Shown here piece by piece: positions 37,346 to 51,390 of a stretch of DNA of 64,000 bases. This DNA comes from Octopus bimaculoides (lineage: Eukaryota): assembly GCF_001194135.2 (NCBI RefSeq), contig NC_068994.1, positions 52,672,102 to 52,736,101 of the forward strand, written 5' to 3'. The position numbers and the translations under genes were made by a program. The notes beneath the pieces are model-generated. The model was not told the DNA's origin, did no database searches, and saw only the letters and a list, made by a program, of their open reading frames with translations. The stretch's first letter is position 1; each line of letters begins with the position of its first letter.

Positions 37346-37613
37346 GAGGTTCTTGATCATGATGATGGCCGTGGCAGCTGTGGTGAACGTGGTTCCAGAA
37401 AAGGCCACAGAACTGTCATAGGTCCAGCTGTTGCGGGCCCACCGTGTGGAGAGATACTGAGCTTAATGGGCCGAAATCTTGTCGAAGCACGGCGCTCAGC
37501 TGACAAGAAATGGAGCATTCTGTGTTTTCTACATACATACATACATACATGGAAATAGCTGTAAGGATACAGGAACAGAGAGACGGAGTGACAATGAAAG
37601 AGAGAAGGAGAAA

Positions 37614-37737
<124 letters not shown>

Positions 37738-39369
37738 AACCATATAGTTAGTTGCATTGAAGGTGAAAGCTATGAAACAGATGTGCTGCTATAGACGTTG
37801 TGTGCGAAAAGAAATGAACTATGAATTATAAAATAAACACCCAATGGATGACTATATTGCACATCGGCTGTATGCAAGCAACCTAGATTCGTTAAAAAGG
37901 ATTTCAGTTTTCTTCTTTCACTCGAGGTGTAATACAAATGACTGGAGTCTCTTCTACTTGGTACTAATGAGAAAATGACATGTTAAAGACATTCTGTTCT
38001 GCATTCAATTTTCTCATTTTAATGAACAAATATCATAATTAGTTTCACGCACATCAAGGTATTCCTTCCATATGCCATGTGTAATTGCAGCTTTTCTCTT
38101 CAGTTTCGTTTCACATCTCTTTCTGAGTTTCTATATTTAGTTTCTGGGTAACAACAATAGTGTTGTTAATGATTAGTATATAAGAAGAAGAATAGATAAG
38201 TTAGCGATAAAATATTTCTCATTATTGAGTTTCCATTAGCAATTAGATGTAACTCACACTATTTCCTCCCAAACATGATGCTGAAATAACTACAGTGTCT
38301 CTAAACAAGCGTTCGTTCCTTTCGATTTGAACATTTTTTCTCTTAAATTATAACCTACTTAAGTAAAACAAGAAAATACTTTTAATAACATAGTCCAACG
38401 CCAGCCAAAAAACAAAAGCGATTGTAATGAATACAAGGCTATTGAGAGTAGTGATGAAATTGGGTTAATGGATCGTAGCTGTTCATGAAATGTTCCTGCA
38501 AGTATCTGGAGGATCTGTTAGAAAGAGTCACTAAATATTTCATATCAGCTCCTACTGTCGTTGAAAGGAAGAACAGATTACACCCAATGATCGGTGATAT
38601 TCGAAATATGGTGGTAAATATGGTGGTAAATTCAAATCAGGTGGCGTTTAAGCACAGCTCTGCTTGATTGAACCAGCTTTGCTTGATCGAACCAAATAGT
38701 AACATGAGAAGTAGTAACATGAGGAACATGAGAAGTATAGGGTGAGCTCGGTTTGACAACCGACAGTTAGTTTTCTGTTTGCTTTTATCAAAACACGTAT
38801 TATTGAAGCAGACATTATTTTTCTTTCTGAAGGAATGACACGTGTGTATCAGTTAGATTAATCGTACAGTTATGGGAAGAAAGTATGCAAAACTTGTTCT
38901 ATTAGTATTCTCCCTCTCACTAACATGTTAACAGAAATCAGACAGTCACACTTTTCCGATACATATTAAATTATTATGGCATCTGTTGGTAGAGCAAATG
39001 GATGTCTAATAAAACTAATCCTCACATGCAATAACAGCCATACCAACAAATCTGCATACCTCCATCATCAGCTGCCCCACGGATATCATTATAGTTTCAA
39101 CACCTAGGCAGTACCATTCAATCCGGCGGTGTCAACAGCACTAAAATAAGTGGTTTGGGAACAGACATAACTTATATATCACCACATTCATTTAATCTTA
39201 ATTCTAGGAATTATGGCAGTAATTCCTAATTTTCTATACACCTAACAAACTTAGGGAATTTTCGCACCCGCTACGAAACGTTTGAATATAAAATTGCTGA
39301 GAACAATTTCAAAGAAATTATTCACAGTAAAATCAATGAAAATTATGACCATAAAATTCAATCACTTGT

Positions 39370-39990
39370 TTTTTCTTCTTCATCTTTTTAAAGCAGGACT
39401 CATCAGCATGAGAAATACTTTTACTGGTTGGCAATCCGCAGGTCTGTTTGTGAGTTCAGATGGCACCTGTATTATTTCGTCAACAAATTCATTAGTAAAT
39501 GTACCACCATTTTTTCATGCGCAGTAAAAGTTGTATATCCTGTATCGCCAGCCTTCTCTTCAAGTGAAGTAGAATTTGAGACATTGCCATTTACAATCCT
39601 TGTTCAGCAAAGAAATGGCTTTTATTTGAAGCCATTCATCTGTTCACAAGCATCCAATATCTTCATCCCCTTTCGATACAGTGGAAAACTAAGGTACTTC
39701 ATATGAATTAAAATGTCAACCATGTAATCCAGTATTTAGTTGTATTGCTGCGATTACAATGCTGCAATTAGATGATATTCATGCTCCGCCGAAAATCTTA
39801 AATTTCTTCCTACTTTTCGAAGAAGCGGCTGAATACATTTCTTTGTAACAATCAACAGTTATTCTTGTGGGAAATCAGAATTGCATGTTCGATTTGCAAA
39901 AGGAAAATGAATTCAAGATGCATTGCTTCAAAGTATCTACTACCCGTAACCCACTTACTGGGTTTCAAAAATGTTTCAGAAATGCTTCAG
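39370..39990 (-). mobile_element. Degraded hAT transposase (Buster/Charlie/SPIN-like)
   Basis: Minus strand, with stops: SRYFEAM..EHAILISHKNNC*LLQRNVFSRFFEK*EEI (similar to HTEVRWLSRGKVLxRFFELREEI), LDYMVDILIHMKYLSFPLYRKGMKILDACEQMNGFK*K (similar to LAYLADIFxHLNxLNLSLQG...FKxKL), and HLNS..KYF. Confidence 0.75.
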
Positions 39991-40135
39991 TTTTCAGTCT
40001 AGAATGTTTTTATCAGAAAATTAGTTGTATTTCTGTGTCCATCATCTCTCGCCATTCCCGGCGTAAACTTGCCATTTGTTATCTGTTGATTTACATACAA
40101 GAGATTTTACAGACATGTAGATAGTAGAATAGAAT

Positions 40136-40392
40136 CTTTCATCTTTTACTTATTTCAGTCGTTACAGTCCGGCCATGCTGGGCCACTGCCTTGAATTTTT
40201 AGCTGAATGAAATAAAACCAGTACTTAATGTTGTTGAGCCTGGTACTTATTATACGGTGTCTTTTACCGAACCTCTAAGTTACGGGAACGTAAACACATC
40301 AACAACGGTTGTCAAGCGGCGGTGGGGGGACAGACACAGACACAAACATACACACACACGCACGGACACACACGCACACACACACACACACT

Positions 40393-40441
<49 letters not shown>

Positions 40442-40555
40442 GACTTGCTTATTTCACTTTCCGTCTACCAAAACCAAAACCACCCACAATGCTTTGGTAG
40501 GCTCGAGGCTGTAGTAGATGACCCCTGCGCTAGATGCCACGCAGTGGGATTAAGC
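40136..40555 (-). mobile_element. SINE family A, 5'-truncated, with internal (CA)/(TA) microsatellite
   Basis: Colinear reverse complement of the family A consensus. Confidence 0.9.
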
Positions 40556-41214
40556 CAACTTCATGCCTCACTACAACGTCTACACTTAGGTATATCAACA
40601 CAAACTCTTTTCATGCAGTCATAAATTGCACATTGATTGTATGCTCCAATGTGTGAATTGAGAGATTTTACCATTAACCAATAAAGAAAACACACTTTCT
40701 CTTCATGTATTTTATTTTATTGCATTCTTTTTTTTTTATTTGCCGTTTCAGCCATTCATTGATAACCACATTTATAATTCACTAAAGATCAAATATAGAC
40801 CAAAATCACAAACTAGTAATTTTAATGACTGCTAAAGTCCACTGAAAGTAATTCCTATTGCTTTGCTGGACTTAGTTCTTTGATATGTGTAAATTAATTC
40901 AAGAATAGTACACCAATGGCTGTAGCAATCATATTTGGTAGAAAACAGTTTTGCATCACCGGATTCTACTGCAGCGTATATTTTGTAAGAAATGATAAAA
41001 AAAAAATTACATATCTGACCATGCAAGGAAAGTATGTTATTTCCGAAGGCGCATAGATTCGTACTTATGGTTTTGGACTCATAATCCTTAAACTGTGAGC
41101 TCGATTCTTGAGATGGGTGGTAATTTTTCCTGCTTGATCGATGTGCATAGGTTAACAATGTTCCATACGGTCAGCTAAAAATAACAATGGTCCCTGGAAA
41201 TAATCGTTCGGCAG

Positions 41215-41268
<54 letters not shown>

Positions 41269-43672
41269 GTAGCGTTCAGACGGGAAATGTACATTCACTC
41301 TAAAAACCTTTAAAATTTGGATTAGTTCCGGGTTCATGAATCTGATTGCTCGAAGTTGAAGGAGAGAAAAATCAAGAACGGTAAAACAGCACTGAATTCA
41401 AATCCAGTCAAGATCGACTTCACGTTTCATCTTTCCGCTGTCGATAAAACAAATTCCTGTCAAATACCGTTCCTCCTATTTCTCGATTATCTCTCTTTCA
41501 CCCTTCTTCAATATCTTTCTAGCAATAAACTAGGGTGAAGGCGTCAAGAAGGAAATACTCACATGGCAACGCCATTCATCTTTTCACCAACATTTATTGT
41601 TTCGCAAACAATGAAATATTAATATACTTTTGAGAAACTTTGGTAGGAAATTGGGAGGAAATTGAAAGTCTGGGACATTAGTACGAGATTAAACTGCTGT
41701 TTATTGCAACGTTATCTATTCTTCATGAGAACACACCATTCAGTAGTTACAATTCACTTCTTGTAGGGTGTACGATATCTACACGATAAGGTGTAACAAG
41801 CTGCACACGATATATTGCAATCTCAATGATTTTTGTTTCTGTTCATAATTTTACTCGATAGACTGACAACCAGCGGTTGGTTACATCGATATGAGTACTT
41901 AAGGGGTACTTTATTTTATCGACTCCCATGGTTAACTCCAGCAATATTCGAACTCCAAATATAAAACGGCGGAGACATGTCAATAAGAGTTTTGTCCGGT
42001 GCACTAAAGATTATGCCAGCTTACCGCTTTAAAGTTATACCTCATGGTAAACGAAATGAGGGATTTAAGGGACTTAATATAGGATTAGCAACAGCTTGTA
42101 AACGTCGGCATATTGCGTATCTTATGCATGATATTAACGACTTTTTAAATAATAAATTTCTCGACAGAAAGAAAGCATCATTTAATGGATGCACAGGAAA
42201 CATTCTTTATACAACTTCCTACACTTTATTATCTTTTCAACACAAGTAATTTCATTGCTTGAATTCTTGTACAGTCACATATAAAACTTCCATTATAAAA
42301 CTCATCACTTTGGGACATTTCAAATATTGGCTATATTATACAGAATTGAAGCTAAAAAATTTTAATCTTGTAATTCAACTCATTAAACAGTAATACAAAC
42401 GTTGAATTGAAAAACATAATTCATTAAAATATAATAATGAATGATAGTGGGGTCCATTGTACTTTTAAAACGAGTCAATCTTCAAACAATGAAAGATTTC
42501 TAGAATCTTGCATAAAAAACGAGTATTCTGAATTATGGACCAAATGGTAAAATTTAAAATCGATAATTTCATTGATTCTTCAATTAACTTCGATGCAACG
42601 TCTTCTGCTTTCTGTAGGAATTTGCATAACAAACGCTATGCAAAAATCTTACAGGACGTAGCTGTGGAGAGTGTCTATCAAATACAAAATAAGATGAGTT
42701 AATGGTGTTCTTACACGCCCCAAATGCTTTTTACACGGTAAAGTGTTTAACTGTATTTGATAATATAAATTCATGTACTTTCAATTCCACGATGTCAAAT
42801 GAGTATCATAAGGATGATAATAATTGTGATTATTATTTTTATCATTATTATTATTATTATTATTATTATTGTTGTTGTTGCTGTTGTTGTTGTTATCAGT
42901 ATGCTTAGTTAATTGAGTAAACAGACTACTCGGGTTAAAGGATTATTAGAAATACTTGAGAATATTTGCACACAATATACCAGCGTGGTAGCCTTTAAAG
43001 CAGCGTCTTGTGAGTAGCTGGAAATAGTACATTTCGAACATAGAACAGAAAGATCTAAAGGCAAAGATGGCAGCGCGTTTGCCCACCTTGTATTCAGAAA
43101 CTCCATATATATCATCATTCGGGTACATTTGTATAACATTTATTGTGGATAACTAGAGTAAATTATCCTTCACGTGAAACCCTACAAGTGTCAGTGAAGA
43201 AAGCCGATAAAAATATCGCAAAGAATTGAAATGTGATATTAATGAGAAATTTCTTTCTTTTCCTCGGCCATTTTCTTTCCCTCCCGAATATTGAGATAAA
43301 GAGACATAGATTGAGATACGGACAAACAGATAGAGTTATCGATAGATAGAGTGAGAGAGATGGGGGGTAGAAAGAGAAACAGAGGTCAATTTTAATGTTG
43401 ATGGGTGCAGTACCTTTTTATGACATTAATGTCTGTTTTTATTTCTTCTGTAGTCATTCTTTAACCATTTTATTATTCTCTTTCTTTTTCTGTCTCTCTT
43501 CTTCTCTCTCAATCTTTCTGGAATAGAGGAACGGAAAAAGAATCGAATAAAGGCGCACAACAAACGAAAACTATAGACAAAAATAAGAGTCAGGGTCTTT
43601 CCGTGATGATGGTGGTGTGACACATCAAGTACTTTTTGCCTCTCCCTTTCTTTAGTCTTTCTACCTTACATC

Positions 43673-43704
<32 letters not shown>

Positions 43705-44444
43705 TACACACTCACTTATACACACACACTATTCCCTTCTCTCGCTTTCTCTCTTTCTCCTTTTTTCCTCTCTGTATGTGTGTTTCTTTTATGCTATTGA
43801 ATATTGGAATAGAAAGACTTGGAGAGGTATCTGAAGAGAAAAATATTTAGACATAAATTTTCTTAGTAACCGATGATCTAGAAAACCTTTATAGACATCG
43901 CGAACAGCTCGATTTATTTCGGTTATTGAATTAAAGGTATGTCTTTATTTTTATGAGGACTCCTGCGAAACATCTGTACATTGTCACAAATACGAAAACT
44001 AGCAATTTGTGATATGCAACTAACAGAGTATAACAGTTCATTAGATTATTTTTGAAGATGAGAACCGTTTTATTATCCTCATCTTACACATTGATCCAGT
44101 AGCTTTGGCTGCCTTATAAATTTCCATTTGTAATGTTTCTGATTAGCTGATATTAGGTGATCGCAATTTATTTTTTATAGGAAATGCGTGGGAGAGAATT
44201 TTTTAACAACTTACAGCGCAATAGGAAACGTTATAAAGTCAGAGCTTTACTCTCAGCTAATCATGCATTTAGATTATAAAATTCAATAGAGGAGTTGATA
44301 GTTTTCTCACTATTTTCCTCTCCCTCATTCATTCTTGTACCAACGTATGCATGTATGCTTCATACATACAAATAATTATCTATCTATCTATCTATCTTTC
44401 TATCTATCTATGTCTGTCTCTGTCTCTGACTGTCTCTCCCTCTC

Positions 44445-44941
44445 TTTCTTCTAGCTGCTCGTCCATAATACCCAAACTTATTCAGATATGTAACACTCGT
44501 TCTTGGACTAACTTCTAGCTGTTTTGCCGTGTCAGAAGCCTTCGAACGGGGTTCGGTTTCCACAATTCTCTTCAAACAGCGAAGCTTCTTTTCCGAGGGC
44601 CCAGGTCAGCCAGGACGAGAATCTGTTGATTCGTTTTCTTGGCTTTTGAATTGCACTATAATTCTATTAACAGTAGCAAGAGGAATTTGAAGATTTTTGG
44701 CAAGTTTTCGCTGGCTAAGACCAGCCTCAGATTGCTCAACAATACGAACTCTTTGAAAATTGGACACTTCTGCTGATTTTTTTGTGCGTGGCATGGTTAT
44801 TCTTCGCAAATGGTTAATATTATAGTACCTGGAATGAAAAAGAATAATTACATTGTAAATTCTACACCGCTGAAAACATATTAAGACGGTTACATCATAA
44901 AATTTTAAAATAAATGTGTCTATTTACTTCCTGCATGTCTG
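44445..44941 (-). mobile_element. Tc1-like transposon 5' end (putative left TIR plus N-terminal DNA-binding domain)
   Basis: [54 protein letters not shown], then after a frameshift KLRCLKRIV..LEVSPRTSVTYLNKFGYYGRAARRK. A putative terminus TA|CAGACATGCAGGAAGTAAATAGACAC lies at 44941. Confidence 0.9.
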
Positions 44942-44963
44942 TATATGTATATATATATATATA

Positions 44964-45060
44964 TTCCTCATGCACGTAGTCCCAATCGCCCTCCTAAAAT
45001 CGTAACTCCACCGTCGTGGAGGCCTTCTGAGTGGTCGTTTCCGCTCGCGCGGATCCACCG
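44964..45060 (-). mobile_element. RTE-clade LINE fragment (C-terminal motif)
   Basis: Minus strand PRERKRPLRRPPRRWSYDFRRAIGTTCMR, matching the RTE motif WxPRxxKRPxGRPPxRW. Confidence 0.8.
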
Positions 45061-45067
45061 ATTATCC

Positions 45068-45121
45068 AACCTATTAAATAGCACAGTTCTACCTGCAATG
45101 TTATATCGTAGTGAAACATGG
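45068..45121 (+). mobile_element. RTE-clade LINE fragment (post-RT motif), inverted relative to 44964-45060
   Basis: Plus strand NLLNSTVLPAMLYRSETW, matching LFNSTVLPAMLYGSETW. Confidence 0.85.
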
Positions 45122-47109
45122 TAGTGAAATATATACATATANNNNNNNNNNNNNNNNNNNNNNNNNNNNNNNNNNNNNNNNNNNNNNNNNNNNNNNNNNN
45201 NNNNNNNNTATGCTGAGTCTGTGTGTATATTTCTATGTATGTTTATGTCTGTGTGCAGATTGTTCTTCATCACTCTATGCAATTACAACCACTGTAGTTT
45301 TCCTTTACTTTTTTGTCTTATTATTACTGCAAGGCATTGAAAGAGAAATTCGAAGTTTTTTAACGGCAGGAATCCACAGCTTTCGTACAAGTTCATATGC
45401 AATTTTCATCACAAATAGCTCACAAAGATTTGTACAGAACCGCAACACAGCCACATATATTGCAAGTACATATACTTCTGTACCAGATAACAACAACAAA
45501 AAAGAAATGCAATCTTTGCTTATACTATAATAGATTAACATATAATGAATAAAACAAAATCACCAGAGAACGCAGAATGTACTGCACTAAATATAATATT
45601 CCCTTCTTATCAATCAGAACAAAGTATTAAGAAATTAGTTAAAGACGTTCACTTCTAGCAAAGTGGTCCACATAATCGACAAAAACAGTCGAAAGAAGTA
45701 CTCTTCAGTATGACAAGTTACTAATAGCTGAAATAATATATATATATATATATATATATCATAAAATAAAGAATACATATATCTAGAGAACAATCTAGAA
45801 TTAACTCAGGAATATCTTTCTTCGCATTGATCAAATTTAGAGCTTTTAATGTTGTTATTTTTTGTTTCGCTTTGTTTTATACAGGTACGGAACGTGCAAT
45901 TTAATATGCTGCAAATAAACTCGGCTTACGCTTCGAAATTTGCTCCACCGATTCAGTACTTTAAAGGTTATGAACGTCAAATTGATGCATTAGGTTCGGC
46001 TGAATATAACATGGCATGAAGCCAAATTCATTTAGAAGAGAGTGTATTGTATATTAAGTTCAGGTGAACAGACTAAAATTGGAAATTGCATTAACGATTC
46101 CTAACAAATATGAGCTAAATTAGAATTAGTACATCGAGGGCCAAATCTAAATACTGCGAGGAAATTAGTCATTTCGCTAATCACCTCTCCCTTTCTGCCA
46201 ATATTCGCCATTGTTATGCATACGCACGCAGTCCTTTGAATGTGCGTGTGAGTGCGTGTGTGGTGGGGGTGTATGTGTGTGTATAGGTACATGTATGTAT
46301 ATATTACATACACACATAAATGTCTTTGTTTGCGTATCTGTACTGAAGTACCAACAGAATATATGTGTTACGAAATTTGTATCTTACATGCTTGTAAGCA
46401 CTGTATCCATTTACATATATATGTATATATNNNNNNNNNNNNNNNNNNNNNNNNNNNNNNNNNNNNNNNNNNNNNNNNNNNNNNNNNNNNNNNNNNNNNN
46501 NNNNNNNNNNNNNNNNNNNNNNNNNNNNNNNNNNNNNNNNNNNNNNNNNNNNNNNNNNNNNNNNNNNNNNNNNNNNNNNNNNNNNNNNNNNNNNNNNNNN
46601 NNNNNNNNNNNNNNNNNNNNNNNNNNNNNNNNNNNNNNNNNNNNNNNNNNNNNNNNNNNNNNNNNNNNNNNNNNNNNNNNNNNNNNNNNNNNNNNNNNNN
46701 NNNNNNNNNNNNNNNNNNNNNNNNNNNNNNNNNNNNNNNNNNNNNNNNNNNNNNNNNNNNNNNNNNNNNNNNNNNNNNNNNNNNNNNNNNNNNNNNNNNN
46801 NNNNNNNNNNNNNNNNNNNNNNNNNNNNNNNNNNNNNNNNNNNNNNNNNNNNNNNNNNNNNNNNNNNNNATATATATATATATATATATATAATACGCAC
46901 ACGCACACATATGTGTGAACATATGAGTGAACAGGAGAGGAATAGAGAAAATATGTGGTAGAAAACATGTCCATATATGTGTACACGAACACATGCACAT
47001 AAGTCCATATATATATATATATATGCATATTCATATTATATACTTGTGTTTTTATGTGTATACGCACGATTTTAAATGTTAATTATACTCAGAATGTTAA
47101 TCGTTTTCT

Positions 47110-47838
47110 TAAGAACCAGAAGTAATTTCACATTTATAAACTGACCTTCTAGTCTTGGAATTACTGCTAAGGAAACGAATAGGATTCGAATTTATATCAG
47201 AAACATTAATATTGCTGTTATTATTGTTCAAAGAATGGTTAGCGTTAATAAAATCACTGTTGGTTGTGTGAAGAAATGATTTGGGAACGGTTCTTGGTGT
47301 TTGAAAAACCTATCCTAATTCGGTGTGAATCTATAATGGAATGGCGTCCGTTTTTATTTGAAAAAATCTTCTCTATAGCCTCACGAAACTCATGAGGGAG
47401 TTTGAATTTGATCTGCTTACCAAATGGAATGACCAACCAAATTGTTTTACTAGAACCAGCCTTGTTATTTGGGTAATTATCTTTATATTACGTATAAAGG
47501 GAAATAAAGAACGGTTGTCTCCTTTACGCTGCAAAAATACATTTTTCGATTTATTGTTATTATTCGAACTAACTTGATATTATTAGTACCGTTATGTCCT
47601 GATTAATAGAGGCAGAATTAATGCCAGTAGGGTTAACATACGTAATGTTTTCTTTATAGCCTGCTTTAAGTAAGGTACAGTTATTAAATTCGGCTTCATC
47701 GGTAAAGATATCAACATTAGCAGATAATCTAGAAAGTCTAAGTGAAGTGTTTCCAACTAAGTTTCTTCTAATAGTTTTCAGATGATTACTGAAAGAGCTA
47801 ATATATTTTAAGTTAGTTGAAGGTTTAATGTAAATAAT
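47110..47838 (-). mobile_element. Penelope-like retroelement fragment (RT thumb/linker into the start of GIY-YIG)
   Basis: YIKPSTNLKYISSFSNHLKTIRRNL..RLSRLSAN..F..LLKAGYKENITY; KTIWLVIPFGKQIK..IEKIF..HSIIDSHRIRIGFSNTKNRSQIISSHN; RRSVYKCEIT. These follow the PLE motifs YRKP..SNHP..RLS.LSS, IIWFNPP..KIFN....K.SYS..PN...II..HN and VVYKC. Confidence 0.8.
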
Positions 47839-49573
47839 AACAGTGATTTTATTAACGCTAACCATTCTTTAATANNNNNNNNNNNNNNNNNNNNNNNNNN
47901 NNNNNNNNNNNNNNNNNNNNNNNNNNNNNNNNNNNNNNNNNNNNNNNNNNNNNNNNNNNNNNNNNNNNNNNNNNNNNNNNNNNNNNNNNNNNNNNNNNNN
48001 NNNNNNNNNNNNNNNNNNNNNNNNNNNNNNNNNNNNNNNNNNNNNNNNNNNNNNNNNNNNNNNNNNNNNNNNNNNNNNNNNNNNNNNNNNNNNNNNNNNN
48101 NNNNNNNNATATATATATATATATATATATATACACATTTAAATATATGTATATGTATTTACAGACATATAAACGTACATATATAATATATATATACGTG
48201 GTGGCATGTACGTGTACGAATAAAACAATATGTAATAAGAATTAGAGAAACGTCTAGACAAAGTTAGCTGCGAAGCAACACGAACAGTCTGAAAACTAAT
48301 ATCTTCAGATGATCGCTGACGTTATATATTCCAATAAACATATATCACGCCTTACTTAAATAAATGTCTGAACACACCGAGAAGGGGGTAACCACGTGGT
48401 CTTTTGACATGCAGCTTATTTCTGCTGAATCATCCTTCTACATACTAACTTTCTTTGAAAAAAAAATTAAAAAACCTAAAACAAAAAAAATTACACAACG
48501 TTGTAGCTGTTATAAAGAAAATACAGGATGGTCACAATTGGAACGTCTTTGTTTATAGGCATGCAGTGTTAGCGCTATCATAATTGCCAAAGATATCTGT
48601 CAAAGTTACAAAAATGATAGCTGTTAAAGTTTGTGATATTTTGTACAAAAGTGAGTATATACATTCAATATAATTATTCTTCAATATGACAATTCAAAAT
48701 TAACGATGAACGTTGTTTTGGCAAGTAACATTATTGAAATTTTGATCACTCGTTTTTGATTCATACGAGGGTTATACCTTTCTGTGGCATCATATGAAAT
48801 ATGAAGATACAATGTCAGCTCCCAGAACATTGTTATATCTTTATTAGCATAATAATAATCTATCAAAGAAGGAACTGCTACATAATGGTATAATCAACTC
48901 TCTAAAATTTCAATAATGGATGTCGCAATAGCCATTTAAATTTGATAAACGGAAAGAAAAAAAATAATAATAATTGAAAGCTTAAAAACGTGGAATGAAG
49001 CGTTAACAATTTATGAACCCCTTCCCATACACACGCCCACCGCCACTACTATTTTTTTACCTCTTTTCATGCCACTATTTTAGTGTTAGGAATGAAACAG
49101 TATAACCGTTGGAAAAGATTGTTCATGGTGCTTTTCAAATTACATCTAATAAATTGCAGTGAAATTTAACCCTTGAAAGAATTTTAAAGGTATAATTTCA
49201 TGATTATAATTCTGAAGCTCTTTCGTTTTGAGAATTAATCGATCAAGGCTTAACGAGGGGGTTTGACAAAAGATGTCGAGCAGAAAAACAACACTTGTAA
49301 GAGACATTGTTTAAGATGTGTGAACTTGTGAGATCTGTAGACAATAAATCACAAAAAGAAATATTATCAAGATTTTTGCATGTTCGGAGGTAAACATCCA
49401 CCTCAGAAAATTGCGAATACCTAACCCATTAAACAATGCAGCGTATATTTTTCCACGCAACACGCGAGAAATAGTAGCTAAGTTTCGTTTCTATCTCAGC
49501 TATCAGTCTTAGAGAATTAAAACGTAGATACTCCTCACAATAGATTGCTCGGCTTCTGATCCATTACAATTAC

Positions 49574-49638
<65 letters not shown>

Positions 49639-50559
49639 AAAATTCGTGCACAGTTTTAATCTACCAAATTTTGCACGATTAATATTTCCGAAGCAAACAT
49701 TTCTTTACGCAAGATATTTCAAAATAGTATTATTTGGTTTGTCTTCATTATTACAAATTATACAACAACGTGATGGAAGCGCAAACTAGGCTACCAGAGC
49801 TTTCGAGTAGTTCGTTGTACTTGGCTCGACTCGAAAATTCTAGTACCGTGTAATGCTTCTAAGCAAATGCATGTATATATGCACTGTATTATGCAACATA
49901 CTATACATACTGTTTGTAATTGCTGCGTGTTATATTTAAGCTTGCCTTCCATTTTTTTTTTTTGCTTTTGTTAGATATCTATCCCAGTATTATTTTTCAG
50001 CCCTTCTCTTCTCTATTTCCGACACTTGTCACATAAGGACGTCCCTAAAGAATTCTTACATCTCCAACACAGCGATGGAGCTTCTACTAGTCGTGTTTTT
50101 TTTTTTTTTCCTAGAGTTTCCGATTTCTTTATTTTCACCATCTTGTTTACATTTCTAGCTTACGTATGTGTTACTTTGTCTTGTGTTCTGGATTCTTTTT
50201 GTCATATGCTGCTGAATGCAAGATTTCTATCTCAACAGAAGACAGAAAATAAAACAAATGCAGAATGAAGGAAATTTTAAGCAAGCCTATTTATATGAAT
50301 TAATCAACTCTGTCCATAGTAACTAAGTTATATCGCATAAAACAATAGAGGCAAAAACTGTAGCAAATAGTGTTACGTTATCTTCCTAAATGATCTGAGT
50401 GATGTACGAAGTACAAAAAGAAATAATCCAACAGCCTTGCAAGAAGACAAGTAACACATAACGCAAACAGACAAAGTTACAGAGCGTAATGTTCCGAAGA
50501 ATAAAATGTGTACACACATACACACGCACACACATATAACATATGTGTATGTATATATG

Positions 50560-50599
<40 letters not shown>

Positions 50600-51038
50600 N
50601 NNNNNNNNNNNNNNNNNNNNNNNNNNNNNNNNNNNNNNNNNNNNNNNNNNNNNNNNNNNNNNNNNNNNNNNNNNNNNNNNNNNNNNNNNNNNNNNNNNNN
50701 NNNNNNNNNNNNNNNNNNNNNNNNNNNNNNNNNNNNNNNNNNNNNNNNNNNNNNNNNNNNNNNNNNNNNNNNNNNNNNNNNNNNNNNNNNNNNNNNNNNN
50801 NNNNNNNNNNNNNNNNNNNNNNNNNNNNNNNNNNNNNNNNNNNNNNNNNNNNNNNNNNNNNNNNNNNNNNNNNNNNNNNNNNNNNNNNNNNNNNNNNNNN
50901 NNNNNNNNNNNNNNNNNNNNNNNNNNNNNNNNNNNNNNNNNNNNNNNNNNNNNNNNNNNNNNNNNNNNNNNNNNNNNNNNNNNNNNNNNNNNNNNNNNNN
51001 NNNNNNNNNNNNNNNNNNNNNNNNNNNNNNNNNNNNNN

Positions 51039-51072
<34 letters not shown>

Positions 51073-51350
51073 AGACACGACCTCACACACACACACATGT
51101 ATATATATATATACACAGGCATACTCACACGCACATACATATATTTATAGAAACACACGCACTCATACGCACTTACACACACACACGCACATACATACCC
51201 ACTCCATCTTACGCATACAGGCGAACACATACGAACACAGAGCCACCCACCCGCTGACACGCTTTTCACCTCCGTCGACGGAATCAAACACTAGCCACTA
51301 ACCGGCTCGGTGACTGGCATAAACACAAATACACACGCATCCTGATACTA

Positions 51351-51390
<40 letters not shown>

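Noticed and set aside
37178-37558. 126-aa acidic ORF (poly-D)
   Set aside because: The acidic stretch comes from a (GAT)n microsatellite, and the flanking residues show no recognisable motif.
49795-49846. Short inverted repeat followed by CTAG (Helitron 3' end?)
   Set aside because: The stem is only 8 bp with a long loop, the spacing is atypical, and no matching 5' TC end or Rep/helicase remnant is seen.
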